A stretch of DNA of 58,056 nucleotides, filler included, from an uncultured virus (IMG/VR IMGVR_UViG_2049941000_000247) (taxonomy: Duplodnaviria; Heunggongvirae; Uroviricota; Caudoviricetes). It is 7 parts of one record of this genome, joined end to end, with 100 filler letters (N's around TTAATTAATTAA, not from the genome) between each part and the next. Parts side by side here need not be neighbours in the genome. Positions count along the whole stretch, not along the records: positions 26,483 to 29,858 come from IMGVR_UViG_2049941000_000247; positions 29,959 to 32,627 come from IMGVR_UViG_2049941000_000247; positions 32,728 to 38,095 come from IMGVR_UViG_2049941000_000247; positions 38,196 to 57,751 come from IMGVR_UViG_2049941000_000247; 3 more parts are not named here. One strand, 5' to 3'. The notes under the pieces are model-generated. The model ran no database searches. It was not told where the DNA came from and worked only from the letters and a program-made list of their open reading frames with translations. Within the stretch, counting starts at the first letter, position 1. Each line of letters opens with the position of its first letter. The translations under genes and the position numbers were made by a program. This document shows positions 27,725-40,222 of this stretch, piece by piece.

Positions 27725-28878
27725 TTGATCTATCTTGACAACGCGGCAACTACAAAGCTCGACAAACGGGTTTTTGACGCCATGCTCCCGTATCTGACAG
27801 AGGAGTATGGCAATCCCGGCGGCCAGTATGCGCTTGGCCGCAGAGCAAAAGACGCGATCGAGAAGGCACGGGAACAGGTGGCGGCCATGATCGGTGCAGA
27901 GCCGGATCAGATCATCTTCACATCCGGCGGCACGGAGTCTAATAACACGGCCTGGGCATGCTTCGAGGACTTTTATCCCCATGGCAGCGCACGCATCGCG
28001 ACGTCGTCTATAGAACATCATTCTGTTTTACAAAGGGCGATCAATGCAAACCTTGAAGACCGTGCAAAAGTGAGCTTNNNNNNNNNNAGTACGGACGGAT
28101 CACAGCGGAAGCATTTCTTGCGGCAATAGACGGCGCACAATATGCGTCGATCATGCACACGAATAATGAGACCGGCGTGAAGAACGATATCAATCAGATC
28201 GGTAAGATCTGCAGGGAAAACTATATTCACTTCCATACAGACTGTGTGCAGGCTGCTGGTACGAATAAGCTGGACGTGGATAAGATGAACTGCGATTTTT
28301 TGTCACTGTCTTCTCATAAGATTCACGGCCCGAAAGGTGTAGGAGCTCTGTACATCCGCGACAGAGTCATCCACCCGATGATATTCGGAGGCGATAATCA
28401 GGAATTTGGTCTGCGCGGCGGCACAGAAAATGTGCCTGGTATCGTAGGTTTCGGCAAAGCGTGTGAGATCGTCACGAATGAGATCAGTCAGATCAGGCAG
28501 ATGGTATACGAGTTGTATCAGGGGTTTTACTACCGCCTGGCAGAGAGAATCGCAGACGCCGGTCTGTCAAACATCTTCCATGTGAACGGATTTTATATGA
28601 TACCTGGCAACAAGGTGATCAACATCAGGTTCGGCGGCGTGGACGGTGAGACGTTGCGGACTATGCTGGACGCAAACGGCATTTGCGTATCCGCAGGTTC
28701 CGCGTGTCAGAGTCTTGAGCAAAAGCCTAGCCATGTACTGACAGCGATGGGGCTGTCGGACGAAGATGCGAGAAACTCAATAAGGGTTTCCTTCTCAAGA
28801 ATGAACACAGAAGAAGAGGTATTGTCTGCGGCGGACACGATAGTCCAGTGTGTGAAGATGCTGAGGGGGTTTGTATGA
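27725..28878 (+). CDS. iscS: IscS/NifS-family cysteine desulfurase (gapped)
   Basis: IYLDNAATT, FTSGGTESNN, HTDCVQ, SSHKIHGPKG (PLP Lys), RGGTEN, SAGSAC. Confidence 0.92.
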
Positions 28879-29958
28879 ATAAGTATGTAGATGCAGACGC
28901 GCTGCTAGATAAACTGCCGGACGATCTGCAGTATAAGGGTTCCGTTCGCCGCGTCCTGATCCAGGCTCCTGCGGCTGATGTGAAGCCGGTCATTCGCGGA
29001 CACTGGATCGATACCGGAAGCGGGCAGGAGTGCTCAGTATGCCACGAATTCCAGCCGGGATATGATAATTACAGATTCTATTGCGCTGCATGCGGCGCTG
29101 ATATGAAAGGAGGAGAATAAGTAATGATGTTGACAAAAGATTATATCGCACATATCCGTGTTTTTTATACTCCTGTTGAATTCTATAATGATAAACAGCN
29201 NNNNNNNNNNNNNNNNNNNNNNNNNNNNNNNNNNNNNNNNNNNNNNNNNNNNNNNNNNNNNNNNNNNNCATAAGGTAATAAAGCAATATCTAGTTCGGCA
29301 TGGGTGGGACGTTCATGCAGGAGGAAATGTTGGCGATTCGTATAAAGAAATTAGTGTAGGCGGTTATGTTTCCGCGAAAAAGAACTTTCACTCTTCAAAG
29401 CAAATGGAGGATGAACTCGCAGATATAGAATCTGCTTTTCATGATGCAAACATCATAGATGAAAACGGGTATTTTTCTAGTGTCGGGCCTGCAACATTTT
29501 TTGACGGCAGCAAGTACAGATTAAGGTGAAATTCATTGAAAGCGAGTGATAGAAAATGGATTTATTGATTAAAGATATTCCAGAAAACTGCCATAATTGC
29601 AGATTTTGTAGAGAACAAGAATATGGAGAATACGTTCACGAAGATTTTGGGTATGTGTGCGCGGTGAGTGNNNNNNNNNNTCCCTCCGATGATTATTAAG
29701 GAGGGGTTATTGACAATAGAGCGGTTTGCAATTAAGATAGCGGAAGGGAGAGATGCGAATGGAGTTTCTCGGTATTCCGCTTTGACAATTGTCGCGTATT
29801 TTGATAATATAATATAGCAATTTGTTTTGAGGGTGCGACATGACAAAAGAGGAAAAAGNNNNNNNNNNNNNNNNNNNNNNNNNNNNNNNNNNNNNNNNNN
29901 NNTTAATTAATTAANNNNNNNNNNNNNNNNNNNNNNNNNNNNNNNNNNNNNNNNNNNN

Positions 29959-32140
29959 CCCACAATCATCCCGGCAGATACGAAGCGAGGTGATGACGAA
30001 TGAGCCTGATTATAAAAGGCGTGAAGATGCCGGACGGCATTGATGGTCATTTCCTCGTGTTTGAGAGTAACGATGATATACAGCAACGTACTGAAGCGAC
30101 TCCCGTCCTCTCTCTTAGTGATATTTTCAAAAACTCATCTATCAAGACGTGGAAACCTGGAGAGCCACTACGCGAAGAGGATTTTTTAGAAAAGGAGGAG
30201 ACAACGATGAGCGTGCTGATTAAAGGCGTAGAGCTTCCGAAGAGTTGTTATGAATGTTTTCTGTGCGATGACGAGTGCTTCGGAAGTTATAAATGCGGCC
30301 TGGTCAAAGAGTGGGGTTCTGCAGAGTCGAGAGCGTCAGATTGCCCAATCGTTGAAATTCCGCCGCATGGTAGGTTGATAGACGCAGACGCGCTGAAACC
30401 TAATNNNNNNNNNNCTGTGGTGGATGTAAAGTCTTAAAAAGAGCGGTAAATGAACAAAAAGGAAAGGAAAAGTAATTGTGATTTACATTAAAGGCGTAGA
30501 GCTTCCGGAATTGTCTGATTATTCGAAGGCAAATAACACATCGGAGATATATAATCTCCATGGCGCAATAGTAGTTTACCCAGATGGTAAGGCAGAATTA
30601 AGAAGCTATGTCGGTATATTTGAAGGAACATACGATATAATCTCAGTCCCACATGGGAAATGGAGGTTGAACAGCGACGGGAGTGGGACTTGTTCTGTGT
30701 GTCATTTTACGCAATCTGCTGTATGGGATGATGATGGGTGGCAGAACTTCTGTGGGCATTGCGGGGCTGATATGAGACTGGAGCCGCCGAAGGAGGAATG
30801 AGCGTGGGGATTTATATCAAGGACATGGGGATGCCGACACGATGCGGGCGCTGCGATATGTGCATCACCGAAGCGGGCGGAGACACCGACGCTCACAAGG
30901 AGTGTTGCATCACGGGTGCAATCATAGACAACTTGGGCGAGAAGATGGAGGATTGCCCTCTCGTCTCCATCCCGCCGCACGGGAGGTGCATTGATGCGGA
31001 TGCACTGACCATAAGTACGGCTGTGCCGCTTGACGGGAAGCCTTATCAGTATGTCCACATCGACAATATTGATGACGCCCCCACCATCATCCCGGCAGAG
31101 GAGGCAAGCGATGTACGTTCCCGATTGTGAACATTGTAAAAACCGACAAGACTGCGCCATGCTGAAAGGTATGCGGGATGCGCGTGAAACAATTTGGAAC
31201 ATCGGCAGGGAGAAATCTGGCAGAACAGATTATATCCTCAATGGGAAATATTACCCGGCAGAGGAGGGCGAGTGATGGTTGTATTCACGGGCAAGTTAAC
31301 CTATGGCATGACAGTCGAAGAAATGATGGAGTTTATAGATTCCATTCTCAACGCTTCCGATTTGAGAATAATGAAAACGGGAACTGGCTTGAACTACAGC
31401 GCGGAGCCGCCGAAGGAGGAAACAACATGACAGATATGACTAAACTCAGAAAATTATTCCCGCCGAGGGAACGCACCTTGCCACATTGGAAAGCGTGTGG
31501 GGATAATCAACCGATATCAAAAGACAAAGTGTTTTGTTGCCCGAATCCCGTATGTAACAAGGGGAGACTTCTTGAGTCACAGTTAACAAACTATTGCCCT
31601 CATTGCGGATTGAGATTATATAAGCCGGAGCCGCCGAAGGAGGATTGACCATGGGAGTATACATCAACACTGAGATGCCGAAAGAGGGAATGGTTTTCGT
31701 TATCGACAGTGCGGGTCAAGTGTGGTCGAAGGAATGGCCTATAAGGGGGTACATTCGACTTGATGGAGTAACAGCCGTCCCCGTCCCGCCACATGGGAAG
31801 CTGATCGATGCGGACGAACTCAAGGTTTTGGTGTACGCGAATATCGCGCTCTTTGATTCTGCGCCGGGGAGAATGGGAGCGGAGCAAAAGTTAGTTCGTG
31901 CATGGCTTGCGAGTATGGTTGATGACATTGACGATGCTCCCACCATCATACCGGCAGAGGAGGTCGGGTGATGGACTGCAAGAAATGTCAGTATCACACA
32001 GTAGATGGGCGTTGCCTGTATTACATCGGATGCCCGTATAAGCCAACTACGAATGAGTCAATTTTGGACGATTTGTTAGAGTTTGAAGCTGAGGCTTTAG
32101 GGTATCGCAAATTCGGTAAGGCAGAGGAGGGCGAGTAATG
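29959..32140 (+). repeat. Cluster of small mosaic genes with repeated junction sequences
   Basis: GGAGCCGCCGAAGGAGGA at 30780, 31403, 31627; GGCAGAGGAGG-type ends near 31094, 31257, 31953, 32120; repeated PPHG.LIDAD and DAPTIIPAEE. Confidence 0.8.
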
Positions 32141-32811
32141 GCTAATTTGTACCGAGATAACCGTAAATCGATCAAATTTACGCCGCCAACCGATAAACAA
32201 TACCACTATGCGTGGTATCTTCACTGCGTTTTAGAGGACAATGCAGATCTCCAAAAGATGGATAAATGGCAAATGAGGGACTATATTTCAAAATGTCTAA
32301 GTTCAGAAGAAAACAAAAAGAANNNNNNNNNNTAGACCGTAATAAAAAATGCGATTGCTTTAGTATAGAAAGGATGAAATATGATGAAAACCCCTAAAAA
32401 GATTAGTAGGCTTTGTCTTTTTCTTTCTATTATTTTCATTTATGAGGACCTTAGTTTTAATGGGTCTCCTATTTTTAGATTTGTATCCTCAGGGTTATTA
32501 CTGGGATGGTATCTTATTTCCCTTTTTACTGAAGACTAATCCATGAAGCAGAAGAAGAGGAAGCCGAGACCTCAGACACCGCCGTGGTTTTTCATGGATA
32601 CTGATAACTGTTGGTTTTGCAGAAATANNNNNNNNNNNNNNNNNNNNNNNNNNNNNNNNNNNNNNNNNNNNTTAATTAATTAANNNNNNNNNNNNNNNNN
32701 NNNNNNNNNNNNNNNNNNNNNNNNNNNTCATTGTGGGGAGACTGGGGACTTGATGCGAGTGATTTTGGGATGCAGGGATGGGGAGACAGTTAAGTCTGGA
32801 ACAGGAGAACA

Positions 32812-33213
32812 GTGATGACTAATACCATAATAGTTATAGCACTTCTCTCAATGTTGTTTTGCCACATCGTAGATGATTACCATTTACAAGGGTTTCTTGC
32901 ATCTGCAAAACAGCGCAGCTGGTGGGTAAAAAATGCTCCGGATGAGTTATACAAACATGACTACATTATGGCTCTTGCAGAGCATGCGTTCTCTTGGTGC
33001 TTTATGGTACATCTCCCTTGTTTTGCATGTCTGGTGTGTAATTACATTTGTTTCTCTCCGTTCTTACTTATCGCATCATTTTTATTAAACGCAGTGATTC
33101 ATGCAGTCATCGATGATATGAAAGCCAATAAGAGGAAGATCAATTTGGTACAAGACCAGGTAATCCATATAGCTCAGGTCATTATTATTTGGGTACTGTT
33201 CTTTGTGATTTAA
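32812..33213 (+). CDS. DUF3307-like membrane protein
   Basis: HIVDDYHLQ, HAVIDD.K, DQVIH. Confidence 0.75.
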   Translation: MMTNTIIVIALLSMLFCHIVDDYHLQGFLASAKQRSWWVKNAPDELYKHDYIMALAEHAFSWCFMVHLPCFACLVCNYICFSPFLLIASFLLNAVIHAVIDDMKANKRKINLVQDQVIHIAQVIIIWVLFFVI

Positions 33214-36088
33214 GGAGGTAGATATATGGGTATCTTAATTACTAATATTGATATGCCGAAAGATGGCGAGCTGCTTTGCATCAACATTCACCCGGACGGG
33301 AAGGTCTGCATTAACTTAGATCTGTCCTGTAAAAATGTGGTAGGCACTGCCGTCTCCGTCCCTCCGCATGGGTGGCTGATTGATCTGGCCGCCGCAGTGG
33401 AGTTGGTTATGCAATATTGCCATGACGATGATGGTTCATGTTCAAAGGCTGGCGTTGATTTGCGTGAGCTACTCGATGNNNNNNNNNNNNNNNNNNNNNN
33501 NNNNNNNNNNNNNNNNNNNNNNNNNNNNNNNNNNNNNNNNNNNNNNNNNNNNNNNNNNNNNNNNNNNNNNNNNNNNNNNNNNNNNNNNNNNNNNNNNNNN
33601 NNNNNNNNNNNNNNNNNNNNNNNNNNNNNNNNNNNNNNNNNNNNNNNNNNNNNNNNNNNNNNNNNNNNNNNNNNNNNNNNNNNNNNNNNNNNNNNNNNNN
33701 NNNNNNNNNNNNNNNNNNNNNNNNNNNNNNNNNNNNNNNNNNNNNNNNNNNNNNNNNNNNNNNNNNNNNNNNNNNNNNNNNNNNNNNNNNNNNNNNNNNN
33801 NNNNNNNNNNNNNNNNNNNNNNNNNNNNNNNNNNNNNNNNNNNNNNNNNNNNNNNNNNNNNNNNNNNNNNNNNNNNNNNNNNNNNNNNNNNNNNNNNNNN
33901 NNNNNNNNNNNNNNNNNNNNNNNNNNNNCGCAGTAATAAATGCTCCAACTATTATTGAAGCGGAGGAATAAGCAATGGCATCTTATCAAAAGATGAGTTG
34001 TGAAGAATGCAAGTACTATGAATCATATCATCAATACCCGAATCCTAATGCGGTTGCGAGACACTATTGTAAGAGGTGCCGTGAAGAGATTAAGTATAAG
34101 AGAATAATTGGATCTGATGTTTTCNNNNNNNNNNNNNNNNNNNNNNNNNNNNNNNNNNNNNNNNNNNNNNNNNNNNNNNNNNNNNNNNNNNNNNNNNNNN
34201 NNNNNNNNNNNNNNNNNNNNNNNNNNNNNNNNNNNNNNNNNNNNNNNNNNNNNNNNNNNNNNNNNNNNNNNNNNNNNNNNNNNNNNNNNNNNNNNNNNNN
34301 NNNNNNNNNNNNNNNNNNNNNNNNNNNNNNNNNNNNNNNNNNNNNNNNNNNNNNNNNNNNNNNNNNNNNNNNNNNNNNNNNNNNNNNNNNNNNNNNNNNN
34401 NNNNNNNNNNNNNNNNNNNNNNNNNNNNNNNNNNNNNNNNNNNNNNNNNNNNNNNNNNNNNNNNNNNNNNNNNNNNNNNNNNNNNNNNNNNNNNNNNNNN
34501 NNNNNNNNNNNNNNNNNNNNNNNNNNNNNNNNNNNNNNNNNNNNNNNNNNNNNNNNNNNNNNNNNNNNNNNNNNNNNNNNNNNNNNNNNNNNNNNNNNNN
34601 NNNNNNNNNNNNNNNNNNNNNNNNNNNNNNNNNNNNNNNNNNNNNNNNNNNNNNNNNNNNNNNNNNNNNNNNNNNNNNNNNNNNNNNNNNNNNNNNNNNG
34701 ATATAAGCCAAGTGTAGAATAATTAGATGGAGGAAAAAAATGAACGCACTGAAAAGAAAAGTAGTTAGGTTAAAAAGAGTGGCTAAAATTTGGATGATAA
34801 GAAAATTGGCTAAGGACGAAATGGATGATCTTATCAGACGAAAGGATGCGTTCCAGGCACATTGTGAAAATCTCAATCCTGAAGCCGAAGGAGATTATGC
34901 AAAAGGATGGAATGCCTGCAATCATATGTTTGTTCAGAATCTGGAAGATGTACCTTCTTTTCATTTTTGATAAAGGATGAGAAGTAATGGCTCATTATGA
35001 AGGATCATATCTCGTGATGAGTGAAGAGGAGATTAACGCTCTCATTGAGAGATGCCAGCAAGCGGAGATTGTTCAGAGAAGAGATGCCTTTTTTGCTGAA
35101 CTGGATCAAATGAATATAACCAGAAATCCGGACGGGAGTGTGGAGGTGGAATTCACGCCGGAAGAAAAAGGAGTGATAGAACGAATGAAAGAAGATGTGT
35201 ATAACCTGCTCTGCGTCGGATGTTGGCGTGAAAAGCTGTGCCACGAAGACATGGAATTCTGCGACGCATATCTTGACGCCACAGAAGAAGATGATTGCGA
35301 ATGACGATCAAATATCCAAAAGGTGAGACGGTGTGGGTTTCCTATCGCACATCGAAGGGTGAAACGACGCATATCCTCACGAGTAAACCGGCACGTGATT
35401 TTTACTTCCTGTATGAAGTGCTGCCGGACGGGAAACTAAACAAGCTCGGCAAAGCGAAAACGCCAACCGAGCTTGAAAAGAAATATGGGTTATCTAACTA
35501 AGGAGTGGTAATTTGAACAATAAAAGAAGGGCGAAGCTAAGGGAAGCGCTTGCTATGTTAGATATGGCGTCAGTCATTGTGTCAGATGCAAGCCAGGATG
35601 AAAGCGACTATGCGGAAAACATGTCGGAAAGGATGCAGGAAAGCGAAAAGTATGACATCGCGCTGGAGGCAGTAGACCTGTTGGACGAGGCAGGAGAGAT
35701 GATTGATCAGGCTATGGATAATATCAATAAAGCAATCTGACCACAGGCTGGTGACGAGATGTGTAAGATGAAATCATATGATATTGCCGTAATGGCAGTT
35801 GAAAGTGCAGAAGAACTATACGAAAAGAAAGTCGATACATCTTATCTGCAAGAAATCTGCGATTTGATAGACACAGTCTTTGATGAATGCAATGGAAGTG
35901 CATATGAGATTGAGGCGAGAATCGATGACATGACATTGTCTGTTGGTATATGCATGCCCGAAGTAGTTTCTTATTGCAAAGACAGCACTATTTCTATCCT
36001 GATGGATATGTCGCGTGAAATGGTTATTTCAAGTGGAGACGATGGCGAGATATGGGCTACGTTCATGCTACGGCTTTGCTGAGATATA

Positions 36089-36835
36089 CTATCGATCAAA
36101 ACTGCGCGGGAACGGCACTCTAGTTTTTGTTATCACCTTACCATAGCACCTCACATCGTCATTGCTGTCGGCGTTGATTGTTATGTTCAGATTCTGCATA
36201 TCGCTGTTTGCTGATACCAGGGTGATTCCACCGTCTTTGTTTTTATTGAAAAGTTTGCAGTACATCGCACCGTTGACAGAAAATATCCCGACGTCACCCG
36301 TATCGACAGACTGTTGGCGCCTCACATACACAATATCTTTATCAATGATATATGGCGCCATGCTGTCTCCGCTAATTTTCACAGCAAAATCAGCGTCGTA
36401 AGGCACTGATTCATTTACCTCTATGATATCGAAATCATGATTGTCGATTGGCGCAGTAATTCCTGCGGCAGATGGAAGATCAAACAGCAAAATGTGTCGA
36501 TGTGGTTTTCTATTCCTCTCTTCGAAAACCCTTACGCGTTCTGCATAACAAATAGAATCAACCGCGTTCTTTCCGTACTGATCCAGCATTCTGTATGATT
36601 CGACCAGCGCCTGCTCCGCCTCTGTTAATGGAATTGCAGGAGTAGATGTTTCAAGGATGTAGTCGGAAGACACATGGAATATCTCAGCTAGTGCGGCAAT
36701 TACATTGGCGGACGGTATTCTGTTTCCGCTTTCCCATGTGCGCACAGCGATTTCTGACATTTTAAGCTTAGACGCCAGATCTTTCTGAGTCATCCCTGCG
36801 TTTACCCTCAACCTCTTGATTCTTTCACCGTACAT
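36089..36835 (-). CDS. CI/LexA-like repressor (XRE HTH + S24 peptidase)
   Basis: GMTQKDLA...WESGNRIP; SAAG cleavage site, GDSMAP, YCK; GGAGG RBS. Confidence 0.93.
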   Translation of the reverse strand: MYGERIKRLRVNAGMTQKDLASKLKMSEIAVRTWESGNRIPSANVIAALAEIFHVSSDYILETSTPAIPLTEAEQALVESYRMLDQYGKNAVDSICYAERVRVFEERNRKPHRHILLFDLPSAAGITAPIDNHDFDIIEVNESVPYDADFAVKISGDSMAPYIIDKDIVYVRRQQSVDTGDVGIFSVNGAMYCKLFNKNKDGGITLVSANSDMQNLNITINADSNDDVRCYGKVITKTRVPFPRSFDR

Positions 36836-36866
36836 TGTTCCCTCCGTCGTAGTTAGAAATTTCCTG

Positions 36867-36949
36867 TTGACAACAACTTCATGTTGTGATACTATATAGA
36901 TACAAAAGTATCTATATAGTAGATTACCAGATACAATATTATATGTCAA
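36867..36949. promoter_or_regulatory. Switch region: face-to-face promoters and a perfect inverted repeat
   Basis: + TTGACA-17-TACTAT (36867-36895); - TTGACA-17-TAATCT (36949-36921); TACTATATAGATAC-AAAA-GTATCTATATAGTA (36890-36921). Confidence 0.75.
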
Positions 36950-36996
36950 GGATATTTTTAATCGGCTGGTCTGAATAAATAGACCANNNNNNNNNN

Positions 36997-37437
36997 ATAT
37001 ATAGGGATGGCTTTGAGGCTTTTCAGATATGCGTAACGTCATCTCAGTTTATATATCGTAACCCAGGGTACAGTATTGGTTATATGATACGCGACAGAGT
37101 GCAGGGCGATGTGCTTATACGTGGTATCATCGGAACTCCGTCGAGGAATACAATTATGTCCGGTATCTCAAGAATTGCCAATTCTGCTGTCTCCACAGGA
37201 GAGACCGAGGCAAAACTGACGTATAATTCGATAGCATTGTCTGGATTGTTTTTTAGGATGTACGAGCGTGAATTGGCCGGTATACCAGTCGATTTCAAGG
37301 ATGCTGCGAAAAAGTTCATGAGTGGGAAGGATTACAGCGTTAGGAGAGAAGCTGATTTGGTCAATATACGTAATCGTCTTGCGAAGCAATATTTGTCAGA
37401 CTACGAGCAATGGAAAGCTGCTTTTATAGAAGTATAA
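36997..37437 (+). CDS. Probable C-terminal part of the MrpR-like protein starting at 42621 (displaced fragment)
   Basis: Frame open from the gap, no own RBS; LTYNSIALSGLF resembles a degenerate tyrosine-recombinase box. Confidence 0.5.
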   Translation: MYRDGFEAFQICVTSSQFIYRNPGYSIGYMIRDRVQGDVLIRGIIGTPSRNTIMSGISRIANSAVSTGETEAKLTYNSIALSGLFFRMYERELAGIPVDFKDAAKKFMSGKDYSVRREADLVNIRNRLAKQYLSDYEQWKAAFIEV

Positions 37438-37507
37438 TGTAATACATGTGAAGCCCGCCAAGCGGGCTTCTCAAACGCAATATCGTTATAAGAGTACCAC
37501 TAAATAT

Positions 37508-37581
37508 TGCGGCGTAGCCAAACGGAAAGGCAACGGATTTTGGCCCCGTTATCGCAGGTTCGACTCCTGCCGCCGCAGCCA
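37508..37581 (+). tRNA. tRNA-Gln(TTG)
   Basis: TGCGGCG/CGCCGCA acceptor, G73, TT-TTG-GC loop, GGTTCGACTCC, CCA. Confidence 0.9.
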
Positions 37582-38007
37582 CGGCGAAAGCCGTTTAGNN
37601 NNNNNNNNACGAAACGTATACCATGTGCATTTTATCACCATGTATTCTTTTTTGCAATATGGAGAGGGGACAAAATGCGCGAGATATCAATTACGGATTT
37701 GGATGAATACTATAAAATGCTAAATCACCCGATTGTGGTTTTTGACTCAGAAAACAATTCGGCATGTTCCGGGTTTGAGTGTGCATTTTTCTCGGCATCG
37801 TTTGACAGTATGCGCTTGTTTTATAGCCCGGACTGTATCATGTTCTATAATAAGACAAACAACTGCCGTATCGCATTAAAATGTATTGAATCAATAAAGC
37901 TCGCAAGGCATATAGATAAACCGTGGGACATACTGTATATCATCTGTTCGCCGATCAATAGCTCATCATCCTTGGCTAGATACATATTCCTCGTAGAAAA
38001 ATAATGC

Positions 38008-38036
38008 TTGACTATTGCACGAGGATGTGTTATATT
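38008..38036 (+). promoter_or_regulatory. sigmaA-type promoter, probably for mazF
   Basis: TTGACT-17-TATATT with extended TG. Confidence 0.65.
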
Positions 38037-38612
38037 TATAACGAGTCAGAAAGGAAGAGTGTATTGAAGAAAGAACAGAGTCAGTTCAGAATAGGNNNNN
38101 NNNNNNNNNNNNNNNNNNNNNNNNNNNNNNNNNNNNNNNTTAATTAATTAANNNNNNNNNNNNNNNNNNNNNNNNNNNNNNNNNNNNNNNNNNNNCGAAA
38201 GCCGTTTAGATAAACAGGAGTTTTCGTAAGGGAGGTGACGCTAACTGGAATACATTATATCTCCATCCTTTTTCTACTGGGCAAAAGTTTGTGAAAATTT
38301 ACAAACACTTGCCATAGTATTTACAGTGTTGTCCGCAATATTTCTGCTTGTTTATTTCGTTTCTTATATCATCGATGATGGTGAAGCTTTCAATATTCGT
38401 TTTCTGATCATACCGGCCGCAATCTCGATCATATCCATACTTATGTTGACATTTCTGCCAGANNNNNNNNNNTAAGGAAACGATGATTGAAATTGCTGTA
38501 GCAAAATACGCAACGCGTGACAACGTGGCTTGGTCTGTCGATCAAATCAAAAGCATTGTGGACTATATTGTTCAGGCAATGCAGTCTATAAAGTAATGAA
38601 GGAGGTGATTAT

Positions 38613-39170
38613 ACGACAAACAAGGAAAGGTTTATCAGTCTATGTGAGCCAATTCTGCGTGAAGGCATGGACGACTTGATGGCATGGCTCGAAAAGAGCG
38701 ATTTTTATTCGGCGCCTGCAAGTACAAAATATCATGACGCCAATCCTGGCGGGCTTTTGCACCACTCTCTGCTGGTCTATGACGAGCTGAAGCGCGTCCT
38801 TGCTGCGTATCCTGAAATCAAGGCTTCTGAGGAGAGCATCGTTATCGTTTCACTCTTCCACGATCTGTGTAAGACGAATTTCTACGCGGTGGAAAAGCGA
38901 AACCGCAAGAATGAGCAGGGCGCGTGGGAGAGCTACGACAGCTACGCCGTCAAAGAGAAGTTTTGTTACGGAGGCCACGGCAGCAAATCGGTTTTTCTGC
39001 TTCAGAACTTCATCAAGTTGACGCCGGAGGAAGCCGTGGCAGTCAACTGTCACATGGGTGCCAGAGATCCGAACAACGATTACGTGGACAGGGCTTATGA
39101 GCAGTATCCTCTGGCATGGGCTTTGCACGTGGCGGACGAAGCAGCGACTTATCTAAAAGAAAAGGAGTGA
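38613..39170 (+). CDS. HD-domain phosphohydrolase
   Basis: SDFYSAPASTKYH, GGLLHHS, FHDLCK, GHG.KS, HMG, LHVAD; probable ACG start. Confidence 0.9.
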   Translation, partial: TTNKERFISLCEPILREGMDDLMAWLEKSDFYSAPASTKYHDANPGGLLHHSLLVYDELKRVLAAYPEIKASEESIVIVSLFHDLCKTNFYAVEKRNRKNEQGAWESYDSYAVKEKFCYGGHGSKSVFLLQNFIKLTPEEAVAVNCHMGARDPNNDYVDRAYEQYPLAWALHVADEAATYLKEKE

Positions 39171-39174
39171 TCCA

Positions 39175-39813
39175 ATGACAAAGAAAGCGGACGACGAATC
39201 CCTGAACCTATACCAGAAGCTCGCGAAGATCCGCGCGATCTCAGACGTGGTTTCCAAGGATAAGAAGGGCTACAACTATACATACGCCGACATTGCCGCC
39301 ATCCTGGCGAACATCACCGGCGGCATGAAGAAGTACGGAGTATCCCTTATCCCAGCCATCGTTCCTGGCACGGCTTCGATCGAGCAGAACGTCATCGTCA
39401 ATACGAAAATTGATAAGACGGGCAAGGCGTACAACCAGACTACCACGGAAATGCTGTTCAACGCGGACATGGTTTTTCGGTGGGTGAACGACGACGATCC
39501 GAACGAGACGATCGAAGTTCCGTGGTTTGTCACCGGCTCAATGACGGACCCCGCACAGGCGATGGGCGCAGGTCTGACGTATACGCAGCGTCAGTTTCTG
39601 ACGGCATACTTCCAGATCGCCCAGACGGATTCCGATATNNNNNNNNNNCTGGTCAGGACGTATCTTGCCGACAATCCGGATCGTTCGGAGGAAGTTCAGA
39701 AATTCGTCTCACGGTTTGCAAAGGGCGGCAAATACACGGCGATCAAAGAGCCGACGCTCGCGGCAAAGCTGCTTGAGGATTTCACAAATACATTTATTCA
39801 GACAGGAGAGTGA
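39175..39813 (+). CDS. ERF-family single-strand annealing protein
   Basis: NLYQKL, YNYTYA, DPAQAMGAGLTY..R.FL...F.I. Confidence 0.85.
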   Translation: MTKKADDESLNLYQKLAKIRAISDVVSKDKKGYNYTYADIAAILANITGGMKKYGVSLIPAIVPGTASIEQNVIVNTKIDKTGKAYNQTTTEMLFNADMVFRWVNDDDPNETIEVPWFVTGSMTDPAQAMGAGLTYTQRQFLTAYFQIAQTDSDXXXXLVRTYLADNPDRSEEVQKFVSRFAKGGKYTAIKEPTLAAKLLEDFTNTFIQTGE

Positions 39814-39819
39814 TCAAAC

Positions 39820-40192
39820 ATGGGATTTCGCAAGGACGNNNNNNNNNNACTGCACCGTGTGGAGCGTGGAGAGCATTTCCAAAACGATGACGAAGGCGCG
39901 CATCTCCATAAGCTACAAGAACAAACAGACGGACCAGTATGAGCAGGAGTTCGGCGGGTTTGTGACGTTTGTCGGAACTGCCTGCGCGAACAAGGCGCTC
40001 GGCCTTAAAGAAAAGTCGAGGATCAAGCTGGGCGATGTGGACGTGACGAACAGCTACGACGCCAAGAACAAAAAGGAGTATACGAACTTCAAGGTCTTCA
40101 GCTTCGAGACTGAGAACGACGAAAAGCAGTCTTCTTCGAAACAGAGCCAAGCGACATACGAAGAGGAAGATCCGGACGATCTCCCGTTCTGA
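39820..40192 (+). CDS. ssb: Single-stranded DNA-binding protein
   Basis: OB-like strands, acidic tail DDLPF; follows ERF. Confidence 0.85.
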
Positions 40193-40222
40193 ACAGGCAG
40201 CACCGAAAGGTGGTGATGCCGA

